The position numbers and the translations under genes are program-made. A stretch of DNA of 20,847 nucleotides from the NCBI GenBank assembly GCA_016840465.1, contig JAEOSH010000044.1:1-20847 (forward strand), read 5' to 3'. Shown in pieces: positions 8,610 through 17,515 of this stretch. The notes under the pieces were generated by a model. The model was given only the letters and a program-made list of their open reading frames with translations, had not been told where the DNA came from and did not search any database. How positions within the stretch are numbered: the first letter of the stretch is position 1; each line of letters opens with the position of its first letter. Origin of the DNA: Candidatus Baldrarchaeum yapensis. GTDB lineage: Archaea; Asgardarchaeota; Baldrarchaeia; Baldrarchaeales; Baldrarchaeaceae.

Positions 8610-9164
8610 GTACATCCATCTGACCCCTCAACTCCGCTCTTTCGACCCTTCCTTCCACGCCCTTCCCCACATCCCGGGCGGGGTTCATTAAAAATGCAAG
8701 CCCCTTCATATAAGAGTTTCATTGTTGCGAAAGTCGTCGTATGCTACGAATACAACACTATACGTTTCTGCCTTTCTCAAAATGAACTGCTCATGATAAG
8801 AAAAGAAGTAACGAATGGGCACTTCGTCTATGGAAATGAGAAAGGCCGCAGAAATAATCATAATCATGGAATTAATGATCACGCGGAATCATGTTTACCA
8901 CGTATTCACCGAACATGAGAGTTATCGGTAGATCCAAGAATAGCATCTTGGCGGAGACGTTCAGCGCATAATTTCGGCGCACTCCCCTCTGCCCCATCCT
9001 GGTGGAACAAAAAGCACTTCGCATGAATTTCCGAAGTCCTTCCAATAGATCTATTCATCTTGCCCCTAGATACGCCGCTGAAAAAGGATGTTGTTGACGA
9101 GCCGAGATCTCCTGTGAAGTCATGCGTTAAGTTGATGATCTCATATATTTCTTTGGCATCTTTG

Positions 9165-9425
9165 CGGGAAGGACACGTACACCCACCCTTTCGTTTGGCC
9201 TCTAAGTTTTTATCGAACGTGGCGATCGAAAGGATAGTCTTGATCGCGTGAGTCGATATTGTCTTATCGCTGTACTTGCCGATCGATAGTTGTTCGGCCA
9301 CGATGTGTTTAAGCGCCTCTGAGATGTGTTCTTTTGTTTCCGGCACAAATCTAGTTTTCATGGAAAAACAGTATCGCAGAGGGCATAATACACCAGCACG
9401 TTTATATTTATGCCCCTCTCCTCAC
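9165..9425 (-). pseudogene. vapC: Degenerate VapC/PIN toxin relic (module 2)
   Basis: GTG at 9425 overlaps the antitoxin TGA. 'MRRG/INI-NVLVYY' resembles IDTNVLVYY, with a frameshift and D->N; a later frame has the PIN-like end 'SDKTISTHAIKTILSIATFDKNL'. Multiple lesions; left boundary approximate. Confidence 0.6.
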
Positions 9426-9660
9426 TTCAGACACTCTCCGAGCCCCCGCTCGATGAGTTCCTCTATCTCCTTGGGTTTCAATTCCTCCCAATTTTCATTC
9501 TCTTTCTCTCTTCGCGCATCTTCTCGAATATTATTTTCCCGGAACTCTCATCTAATGTTACCCTGAGGACATCTCCCACCATTATACCAACTCTTTTACG
9601 TATTTCCGCGGGAATTGTGACCTGGTAATTCTGTGTAACTCGAACCTTTGCTTCAATCAT
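9422..9660 (-). pseudogene. AbrB/MazE-type antitoxin, frameshifted (module 2)
   Basis: 'MIEAKVRVTQNYQVTIPAEIRKRVGIMVGDVLRV' AbrB fold. One A is missing at 9482-9483; the corrected frame continues 'KLKPKEIEELIERGLGECLK*' to TGA at 9422-9424. Confidence 0.82.
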
Positions 9661-9756
9661 AGTTTCGTATCCTTCGACGCATCCAGTACATCGTCTACAT
9701 AATTAAGTTCAACAATTTAGGAACTCTAAAATTGAGTTGGTTGTGAGCAAGGGCGT

Positions 9757-10494
9757 TTATAATCTCTTGGGGGCACTTCTTTCGTGAAGCTTTACGGCTA
9801 CCATTGCGAACACGAGGGTATACACCGTGATGGCGGCAATTGCAATATATGCTGGTACGTAAGTTTCCAGGTGGACGCTCGCTCTGAACAGCTCCGTCGT
9901 GTAGGTCAGCGGGGATAGTAACGCTATTATTCTCAGCAGATACGGCATTTCTCCCACCGGGGTGAATACTCCACTTACGAATATCAGAGGGAACTTTAGC
10001 AACGATGACAGCATCATTATGTTTGCCGGCGTATCTGCTGGCGGAGAGGACAGCAGGAGGCTCAAGAACGAAAAGCATACGGCCGATATCACCACGTTGC
10101 ATGTGAATACTAGAATATTCACTATATGCACCCCTATTACCATGCTGAGCACTGCTATCGCTACCGTTATTAAAATGCCAAATATTGTCGATGCCAGTGC
10201 ATCCCCCATGAGTATGATGCTCATGTTGACGGGGGATGAAAGCAACCTTTCGAAGGTGCGAGATCGAGTCTCCCACGGGGCTATGACGGGCCCCACCGCG
10301 GTCGACGTGAAGAACACGGTCATGGCCATTATGCTGACCATTGCTTCAGCGGGCTCTATGTTCCTGTTCCAGGCATACGCCAAGTACAGGAAGAAGGGCA
10401 GTAGCAGACCGAATATCACCACGGGCCCCTTCAGATAGTAGATTTTCATGTCCTTTTTGGCTATGGCCCATATTTTCGCGACGTTCTCAAACAT
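9757..10494 (-). CDS. ABC-2 type transporter permease
   Basis: 245 aa, about 6 TM helices; 'WETRSRTFERLLSSPVN' and 'SGVFTPVGEMP...LSPLTY' motifs; overlaps the ATPase stop codon. Confidence 0.92.
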   Translation of the reverse strand: MFENVAKIWAIAKKDMKIYYLKGPVVIFGLLLPFFLYLAYAWNRNIEPAEAMVSIMAMTVFFTSTAVGPVIAPWETRSRTFERLLSSPVNMSIILMGDALASTIFGILITVAIAVLSMVIGVHIVNILVFTCNVVISAVCFSFLSLLLSSPPADTPANIMMLSSLLKFPLIFVSGVFTPVGEMPYLLRIIALLSPLTYTTELFRASVHLETYVPAYIAIAAITVYTLVFAMVAVKLHERSAPKRL

Positions 10495-11419
10495 CTGCCT
10501 TCCCCTCCACTATTTCTAAGAATATGTCTTCGAGGCTCGGCTCAATAACATTAAGAGACAATATTTCCAACCCGTGGGACTTGGCGTAGTCGACGATGCC
10601 GCAAATGACGTCATTCACGTCTCTTGCGCGGATTCTACATCTATTCCCGGAAACGTCCACCTCGCATCCGAGGGCCTCGAGGATGCTCCTCTCATCGACC
10701 GCTCTATTAAACTCCACCTCCACAGTGCGTAGTCGTGTGAACATGTCCTTTAACTCCCTCGGGTTGCTGACCGCAACAAGTCTTCCGCGGTTTATAATTG
10801 CTATTCTGTGGCACAGTTCCTCCGCCTCCCACATGTTGTGTGTTGTGAGGAATATCGTCACCCCCTCCTCTTTATTCAACTCTCTGAGCATGCTTCTTAT
10901 GCGTCTGGCACTCTGGGGGTCCAGCCCACTCGTGGGCTCATCCAAGAACAATAAGGGCGGCTCATGCACCAGAGCCATACATATCAGCAGACGCTGGCGC
11001 ATACCCTTCGACAGTCTTCTCGCCTTAGCATCTCTATACTTGAGAAGCCCCATTTCATCGAGAAGTTCTCTGGCCCTTCTCTCCCTCACACCTCGGGGCA
11101 CCCCGTAAAGTTCGGCCATGAAGGTCACGTTCTCCCAAACTGTCAGGTCAAGGTACACGTTTGCCGCCTCCGGGACAACACCTATTCGCCTTTTGACCTC
11201 CAAGGGCTTTTTCACAACGTCAAATCCCAAAACAAAAGCCCTCCCGGCGTCGGGTGGCAATATTCCTGTTAGCATTCTCACCGTGGTTGTCTTACCGGCC
11301 CCATTCGGGCCAAGGAAGCCGAATATCTCGCCTTCATGCACATGGAAGCTGACGTTATCCACCGCGGTGAGCCCGTCGAACCTTTTGGTCAAACCTTCGG
11401 CCACTATGACATCAACCAC
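10487..11419 (-). CDS. ABC transporter ATP-binding protein (DrrA/CcmA-like exporter)
   Basis: Walker A GPNGAGKTT, signature LSKGMRQR, Walker B LLFLDEPT, 'TTH' switch, C-terminal 'PSLEDIFLEI'. Likely start is GTG 11419 (SD GGGGGCGG); the ORF track extends to 11524. Confidence 0.95.
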   Translation of the reverse strand: MVDVIVAEGLTKRFDGLTAVDNVSFHVHEGEIFGFLGPNGAGKTTTVRMLTGILPPDAGRAFVLGFDVVKKPLEVKRRIGVVPEAANVYLDLTVWENVTFMAELYGVPRGVRERRARELLDEMGLLKYRDAKARRLSKGMRQRLLICMALVHEPPLLFLDEPTSGLDPQSARRIRSMLRELNKEEGVTIFLTTHNMWEAEELCHRIAIINRGRLVAVSNPRELKDMFTRLRTVEVEFNRAVDERSILEALGCEVDVSGNRCRIRARDVNDVICGIVDYAKSHGLEILSLNVIEPSLEDIFLEIVEGKADV

Positions 11420-11972
11420 ATAGACCGCCCCCGGCCTCGAAAGGGCCCATGCTACGCTATATGATGCAACATCCCTTGCATATAGGAAGTACGGATAGTA
11501 AAAATTTTTACTATTCATGAGCATTACCCTACGAGAGTGTTTAATAGTTGATGTTTACGGACTAATCGTCATTAATACCCCGCTCTCGGCGAACGCTTAA
11601 TGTGATTATACGTGACACGTCAGAGTCATATACGCGAACCGAGTGGAGGGGAAGTAGATTCCCATCCGATAAGCTAAGCTTAAGGTTGGTTATATCCTAT
11701 TATGGCATATCGTAAACGGCCGTTTGGCTTTATTGGAGGGAAATTTGACGAATAACGAAAATTACATGCATTTGGTGGGCATGTGTAATTTCCTGACAGT
11801 AGAAATCTTGTACGACTCGAAAGAACGGATATAACTGCCAGGCGAATGTTCATCGGAAAAGTTGTTCTTAGGTGGCGAAGTCGATGCGTACGGGTTATGA
11901 TAAGGGTTATAAGGGTGGCTCTCCAAAAGAGTCATGGATTTGCCGTGAGTGATGCTTCTAGGAGTAGTAGCA

Positions 11973-12608
11973 GTGGGAGGGTCAGATATTTTCGACGCGC
12001 TGGTGAACCTCAACGAGGACAGGGTTCTATCACTCGTGAGGAAAAAGCTCGAGGCGGGTGAAGATCCCTACCTCATACTTGAGGAGTGCAGAAAGGTCAT
12101 GACGGTGGTCGGCGAGAAGTTCGAAAAGGAGAGTACTTCCTCAACGAGCTGGTGATAGCCGGGGGGGATCTTTAAAACGGTTAGCGAGATGCTGAAGCCG
12201 AGGCTCAAAGAGAAAGGGGAGAGGAAGGAAATAGGGACGATGGTGATAGGCACCGTCGAGGGGGATGTTCACGATCTAGGGAAGAACATTGCAAAGGTTC
12301 TGCTGGAGGCCGCGGGCTTCCGCGTGTACGACTTGGGAGTTGACGTTCCCCCGGACGAGTTTGTCCGTGCGGTTAAGCAGTACAATCCCGGCATTGTCGG
12401 AATGAGTTGTCTCCTTACTAGTGCGTGGAAGTCCATTGAGAGAACTATTAGAAGGTTGAAGGAGGAGGGGCTGAAGGACAGGGTGAAGGTGATAATCGGA
12501 GGGGCGATGATCAACGAGAGGGTTGCGAAGATGGTGGGGGCGGACGCATGGACAAACGATGCGAAGAAGGGTGTTGATATTTGTAAGAGGTTTGTGGGGG
12601 CTGATTAG
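11973..12608 (+). pseudogene. Corrinoid (B12-binding) methyl-carrier protein, MtaC/MtbC/MttC-like, with two frameshifts
   Basis: Cap domain 'IFDALVNLNEDRV...LEAGEDP'; -1 at about 12129 and +1 in the G7 run at 12161-12167. The segment between them reads 'EYFLNELVIAG' in the shifted frame. The B12 domain has GDVHDLGKN (DxHxxG), 'GMSCLLT' and 'IIGGA'. Confidence 0.9.
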
Positions 12609-12633
12609 AATAGGCGATCTTATTGAGGAGGTT

Positions 12634-13778
12634 ATGAGGGAGTTGTATGAGGAGAGGGAGGGGAGGATACGCGATGCTATAAGCCTGAGGGTGCCGGATA
12701 GGGTTCCCGTGGTTTGCAAGGGGGTGAACTGGTACTTCAAGAAGGTACCGGGGGTGACCGCTAAGGACATGGTCACGGACAACGAGAAGTTCATGAGGGT
12801 CATGTTGAAGTTCATGCTCGAGTTCCAGCCCGATGCTGCGTGGAGGCCGATACCCCAGGATCCTCTTGCGTCGGTTGTCGTAGAGCCCACGCCCATGGTT
12901 TCCCCACGGAGGAGGATGAGACGTGGGAGCCCAAGGTGATTTCCAAGGAGACGATGAAGGTGGAGGACTACGAGTACATAATCAAGTACGGGTACACGAG
13001 CCTGATCCTGAAATATCTTCCTGAACTTCGCCCCGGAATTCCCAACCCTCAGAAGATGCTTCTCGACAAGCTGGGTCTATCCAGCAAGCCGGAGGAACCT
13101 CCGATGCCTTTCAGAGGAAACGTTGAGATGCTGAGGAGGGCGGGCTTCCCCACATACTTCCTATTCGAGCTCCTGAGCCCGTTCAACTGCCTGACCCTGC
13201 TCAGAACGTACCCCAAGATGTGCCTCGACCTGAAAAGGCACCCCGACCTCGTGATGCAGGCGATAGAAAAGATGATTCCTGAAATGCTGTCGCTAGCGAT
13301 AAAGTTTTCGAAGGAGAGCGGGGTTTCGAGGATATGCATAGGCCTGCACAGAGAGAGCGCAACATTCTTCTCACCGAAGGTATTCGACGAGGTATTCTTC
13401 CCGGAGATAAAGAAGATAGTCGAGTTCTGCCGGAGGGAGGGGATGGTGGCGGTGCTCCACTGTGATGGGAACTGGAACCCCCTTCTCGAACGACTGGCCG
13501 AGTTGCCTAGAGGGACATGTGTAATCCAGCTGGACATGGATACCGACCCCTTCAAGGCCAAGGAGATACTCGGGGATAGGCAGTGCATAGACGCGGGGCC
13601 CATGGAGATGGAGATGGCGACGTGGACTCCCGAGGAGATAGAGAACTACTGCAAGAAACTGATAGAGGTCGTGGGAGACGGAGGAGGATTCATTCTGAAG
13701 AGTGAGGTATCCGCCGAGGCAAAGCCCGAGAACATACGGGCATTCATAAACGCCGCGAAAACTTACGGCGTATACTGA
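12634..13778 (+). pseudogene. Uroporphyrinogen-decarboxylase-fold (MtaA/CmuA-like) methyltransferase, one frameshift
   Basis: ATG 12634 after SD TGAGGAGGT; 'PDRVPV', 'MKVEDYE', 'LHCDGNW', 'GGGFIL...AKPENI'. One C is missing at 12892-12894, joining ORF-track pieces 12523-12939 and 12840-13778 into about 381 aa. Confidence 0.85.
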
Positions 13779-13865
13779 ATTTACCACTCGCACTCCTATT
13801 TTTAAATGGACTACAATCCGGCAAAAATAGGAATTATAAGAGATCACATCGCTGATGTTGCGGCA

Positions 13866-15077
13866 TCATTTTGTGATAGTGGACTCATGCACCAAATCTA
13901 TGACATCCAGCACCCTCACACGAGACTTCATTGCATTAACGGCGTCCGTGAGATTTCTCTCGCAGAATGGGCATGCCGTCACCAGAGTATCGGCTTTTAC
14001 TTCCGTTGTTTCTTTTATTCTGTCCTTTGCTATCTTAACCGCGAGGTCGGGAAACGCAGATTTGACCCCGCCGCCAGCCCCGCAGCACCATGAATTATAC
14101 CTTATCCTTCTCAACTCCGTGAACTCTATTCCGGGGACGCTCCTTATGACCTCCCTCGGCGGATCGAAGACCCCGCAGTGTCTGCCGAGATGGCAGGGGT
14201 CATGGTACGTGACCTTATATTTTAATTCCTTCTCGGGGTGCAGTTTCCCATCCTTTATCAGCTCGAGCAGGTGCTCGGTCGTATGCTTGACCTCGAAGGG
14301 AAGTTCTCCCACAATTTCGGGATAGTCGCGCTTCAGAGTCCTATAACATCCGGCGCAGTGCGTTACCACGACCTCAGCTCCTATGTTTTTCAGTACCTCG
14401 ACGTTGTGGCGTGCGAGTTCTTCCCCGAGTTTCCGATCTCCGACCCTTAGCGCTATTGATCCGCAGCACCACAGATCCGGGTTTATTGCCACCTCGACGC
14501 CAGCGGCCCTCATCAGTTCTAGGTACTTGATCAGGAGGTCTGGGGCCCTGTAAGGGTTTGTACACCCCACGAAAAATACGATTTTCCCTTTTTGCGGGAT
14601 TTTCTCCCCCTCGGGTATCCACTTCAGCCTATCGGCATGCTTCGATGGCGGGTACGGGTTGTACTCCTTCCTGGTCCATGCAAGAATTTCCCTATGGCGA
14701 GGCATCGGTCCTATTCCCATCTCGACAAAGTCTGCCCTTATTGCCTCCCATATCTTGTCATGATCTATTATCTGCGATATCGGGAGAACCACCGACTCCT
14801 CGAAACTCTGGTTGCAGGACCACTTACAGCTCCCACACACCATGCACTGGTAGAACACCCTCACGACTTCCTCAGTGGGCTTTATCTTCCCCTCCAAGAG
14901 ACCCCTTGCCAGAAGAATCCTTCCCCTTGCAAAGTACACCTCAAAGCCCGGGCTGTGTTCCAGCACGGGACATACGCCATATTTCCCAATGGAGGGTCTC
15001 ACGGATACCCGGCAATCGCCAACTCTGGAGCAGCTGTATAGCATATCCTCATATTTTCGGAGGTTGGAGAACTCCAT
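13866..15077 (-). CDS. Fe-S oxidoreductase, HdrD/GlpC/GlcF-like (ferredoxin domain plus two CCG domains)
   Basis: 'CSRVGDCR..CP', 'CMVCGSCKWSC', 'VGC', 'CCGS', 'CAGC', 'YHDPCHLGR', 'CCGAGGG', 'TACPFC'; ATG 15077 with SD GAGGTGG. Confidence 0.92.
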   Translation of the reverse strand: MEFSNLRKYEDMLYSCSRVGDCRVSVRPSIGKYGVCPVLEHSPGFEVYFARGRILLARGLLEGKIKPTEEVVRVFYQCMVCGSCKWSCNQSFEESVVLPISQIIDHDKIWEAIRADFVEMGIGPMPRHREILAWTRKEYNPYPPSKHADRLKWIPEGEKIPQKGKIVFFVGCTNPYRAPDLLIKYLELMRAAGVEVAINPDLWCCGSIALRVGDRKLGEELARHNVEVLKNIGAEVVVTHCAGCYRTLKRDYPEIVGELPFEVKHTTEHLLELIKDGKLHPEKELKYKVTYHDPCHLGRHCGVFDPPREVIRSVPGIEFTELRRIRYNSWCCGAGGGVKSAFPDLAVKIAKDRIKETTEVKADTLVTACPFCERNLTDAVNAMKSRVRVLDVIDLVHESTITK

Positions 15078-15087
15078 CCCGACCACC

Positions 15088-16596
15088 TCACAGGTAAAAC
15101 TTTCCGGGGCTCAGTATTCGGTTCGGATCGAGTGTGTACTTTATCTGCCTGAGGAATTCGTAGTATGGCCCGGAGAACGCGCCCGCGTCTATCACCGCCA
15201 TTGATAGAACCTCGCCCAGCATGTAGTAGTAGGCACCGAGCCTTGTCAAGAACTTCGCTTGGTCTATCCACAACTTTCGGCACAACTCCATGTTCTCGGG
15301 ACGGTACTCCGCAATTATTCCACTAGTGACCTCGACATTGAATCCTTCGACCATCAGAAACTGCCCGACACCCGCTATGCCCTTAACCTTTGCAAGTTCC
15401 GCGCTGTGCTTGCGCTGCCACTCGTCCAACTTCTTCTGAATCATAGGAATCCTCTTTATCGGCGCGATGTGCTCAGTTGTCATGGCGATGATCCTCGGGC
15501 CGGTGCCGCACCACAGAGGGTGGTATATCTGCCAGTGGCCCTGCTTTTCATAGAACCACTTCGCAATGTTGCCCTCGTGTATTTCCTCGCCTAGGGGCTC
15601 CGCACCATGCTCCATTGCAATCTTATCGAGAAGCTTTTCATTCGCATGTAAAGTCTCCTCGGTATGCGCCTCTATCACGTAGAAGACCACTGCCATGTCC
15701 CGTGGCATCCCTTTCTCCGTAAGCCATCCCTTTATCAGCGGTTGCCCAAACAGCGCGCCCGCGTAAGCTATTGCGCTTACGGGCGGGAAGTAGAAGGCGT
15801 CATACAAGACCCCGTGATCCGCCTTCAGCCTCCACTCGTACAATATGCGGGTAGCTCTCTCATCTGCATCCTTCGTTGGGAGTGCAAATGTCTTACACGC
15901 ATGATACTCGGGAACGGGATATATCCTGAGCACCGCCTTTGTCTTAACCCCCAATAACCCGTTATCTCCAAAGAAGAGTCCCGCAAGCATCGGTCCCCCG
16001 GCGTAGAGCGTGAATGACTTGTCTATGAAATTACTGGCCCACGCTCCGACCTTTATCACGACACCAGTCGGGAGCACAACCTCCAAACCTGTGCAGTTTG
16101 CCGTACATGGACCGTACTTTGCACCGCCTCCGCCACCCACGCTATGGTGACTAAGCCCACCTCCCACACAGGCGCATAGCCCAGATCCGGGACCCAGGCA
16201 ACCAGTGTAGTATCCTCTCTCTCCTAGGATAGCGTTCAGCTGGGCCCATGTGATTCCGCACTCCACGGTGACCGTCATGGTGTCCTCATCGATGTCCAGC
16301 ACCCTGTTCATCCTCGTCAGGTCTAGGACTATCCCTCCTGGCTCTATGGGTCTACTACCGCCGGTAAGGCAGCATCCCCCGCTTCTCGGTATCACCGGAA
16401 TTCTGTATCGGTTTGCGATTTTCAGGATCTGTGCAACCTCTTCTGTTGATCCGGGTCTAACAACATAGTCGGGCATTCTCTCGGGCAACGCAGGGTCGTT
16501 GCTCTTGGAGTATGCGTAAAGGACGTGCTCCTCGCATGAAACATACTCCGACCCTACGACGTCCTCCAAAAGCCTGAGGATGCGATCCTCGTTCAT
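15088..16596 (-). CDS. FAD-binding oxidoreductase, GlcD/D-lactate dehydrogenase (VAO/PCMH) family
   Basis: 502 aa; 'PDYVVRPGSTEEVAQILKIAN..IPVIPRSGG', 'LDLTRMNRVLDID', 'GLEVVLPTG', 'GLLGVKTK', C-terminal 'LDPNRILSPGK'. Confidence 0.93.
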   Translation of the reverse strand: MNEDRILRLLEDVVGSEYVSCEEHVLYAYSKSNDPALPERMPDYVVRPGSTEEVAQILKIANRYRIPVIPRSGGCCLTGGSRPIEPGGIVLDLTRMNRVLDIDEDTMTVTVECGITWAQLNAILGERGYYTGCLGPGSGLCACVGGGLSHHSVGGGGGAKYGPCTANCTGLEVVLPTGVVIKVGAWASNFIDKSFTLYAGGPMLAGLFFGDNGLLGVKTKAVLRIYPVPEYHACKTFALPTKDADERATRILYEWRLKADHGVLYDAFYFPPVSAIAYAGALFGQPLIKGWLTEKGMPRDMAVVFYVIEAHTEETLHANEKLLDKIAMEHGAEPLGEEIHEGNIAKWFYEKQGHWQIYHPLWCGTGPRIIAMTTEHIAPIKRIPMIQKKLDEWQRKHSAELAKVKGIAGVGQFLMVEGFNVEVTSGIIAEYRPENMELCRKLWIDQAKFLTRLGAYYYMLGEVLSMAVIDAGAFSGPYYEFLRQIKYTLDPNRILSPGKFYL

Positions 16597-16636
16597 ACCA
16601 TCATCACTTCCCCTCTGGAGTAGAACCCGCGGAGGA

Positions 16637-16670
16637 CAACTAGTATATAGTTGCGGGAATCACTATAAAA
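16637..16670 (-). promoter_or_regulatory. TATA box with downstream palindromic operator candidate for the FAD/Fe-S operon
   Basis: Minus-strand TTTTATAG at 16663-16670; perfect inverted repeat CAACTA-N5-TAGTTG at 16637-16653 between the TATA box and the start codon. Confidence 0.5.
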
Positions 16671-16834
16671 GTATCATCCAGAACGAGTTCACATAAAAAT
16701 TTCATCGCCAGATGCACCGATGTCCTTCGAAAGGTCATCCGCCTTACCGTGCATCCTCACAGGACCGTCTTGACACATCTCACTCGCTGATAAATTTGCA
16801 TATCACGAAAAATCGCATATGAGCCGAACCGTAG

Positions 16835-17320
16835 TCATTCGCGATTTTTCACCCTTGCCTCTACTCCTCTGACCAGCCTCTCTATCTGTTGTAGCGCAGT
16901 TTCCACATCCTCTCTTGTACACCACCCCTCGTAGAAGCACGTATGCATGTTATTGACATGGGCCCACGCGTCCCTCACCCATTCCCCGAGATCCTCTACC
17001 ACCCTGCCCTTATACTCCCACAGTTCTCTATGACTGGACAGCCTCTTCCCTTCCTTCCTGTAAGCGTGAGCCTTAATGGCTAGAGCCGCCGCGCCCCATA
17101 GCTTCTCGGCCGCCTGCCTGAGATTCCCCTCAACAAGTTCCTTCTTGGCTTGCTCGAGGAGATCTTTAGATGCCTCGACGTACTTCTTGGCTCTATCAAC
17201 GGGATCAAGGGAACGTGTTACGATCTCCACAAACAGCTCATCGAGCGTCAAGCCCAACTTTTCGGCCTCTCTCTTCGCAAGTTCAACAACAGTTCTGGGC
17301 AACGTCAGCGTTACGGGCAT
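16835..17320 (-). CDS. PaREP1-family protein (N-terminal RHH-like segment plus HEPN fold)
   Basis: 'AKKELVEGNLRQAAEKLWGAAALAIKA...LSSHRELW...MHTCFYEG' typical of PaREP1; ATG 17320 after SD GGTGAAGGG. Confidence 0.85.
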   Translation of the reverse strand: MPVTLTLPRTVVELAKREAEKLGLTLDELFVEIVTRSLDPVDRAKKYVEASKDLLEQAKKELVEGNLRQAAEKLWGAAALAIKAHAYRKEGKRLSSHRELWEYKGRVVEDLGEWVRDAWAHVNNMHTCFYEGWCTREDVETALQQIERLVRGVEARVKNRE

Positions 17321-17354
17321 ACCCTTCCCTTCACCCAATATCGGCACTAAAGGC

Positions 17355-17366
17355 GATAAATTTTTC
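17355..17366 (-). promoter_or_regulatory. BRE-TATA promoter candidate for the PaREP1 gene
   Basis: Minus strand GAAAAA-TTTATC, about 35 nt upstream of the ATG. Confidence 0.45.
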
Positions 17367-17515
17367 GAACCTGATGCATATAATCCACACGGTCCGAACT
17401 TAACTCCAAGAAGATGCCCAATAGTGTTGTAATTGGAGATTTTTAAGACTTAAGGGTCTTTGAAGGATGGAAGACCTCTGAAAATCGGAAATAGATAGTT
17501 GCTGACGTTCCATCT

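Noticed and set aside
8906-9361. 151-aa ORF as a real gene
   Set aside because: Its first half is better explained as part of the eroded PIN toxin; the rest looks like read-through into non-coding DNA.
11420-11524. N-terminal extension of the ABC ATPase
   Set aside because: No homology-like features; the SD and typical domain start point to GTG 11419.
12153-12158. Selenocysteine or pyrrolysine readthrough in the corrinoid gene
   Set aside because: TGA and TAG are tandem and fall in a segment whose conserved sequence (EYFLNELVIAG) is in another frame, so they result from frameshifts rather than recoding.
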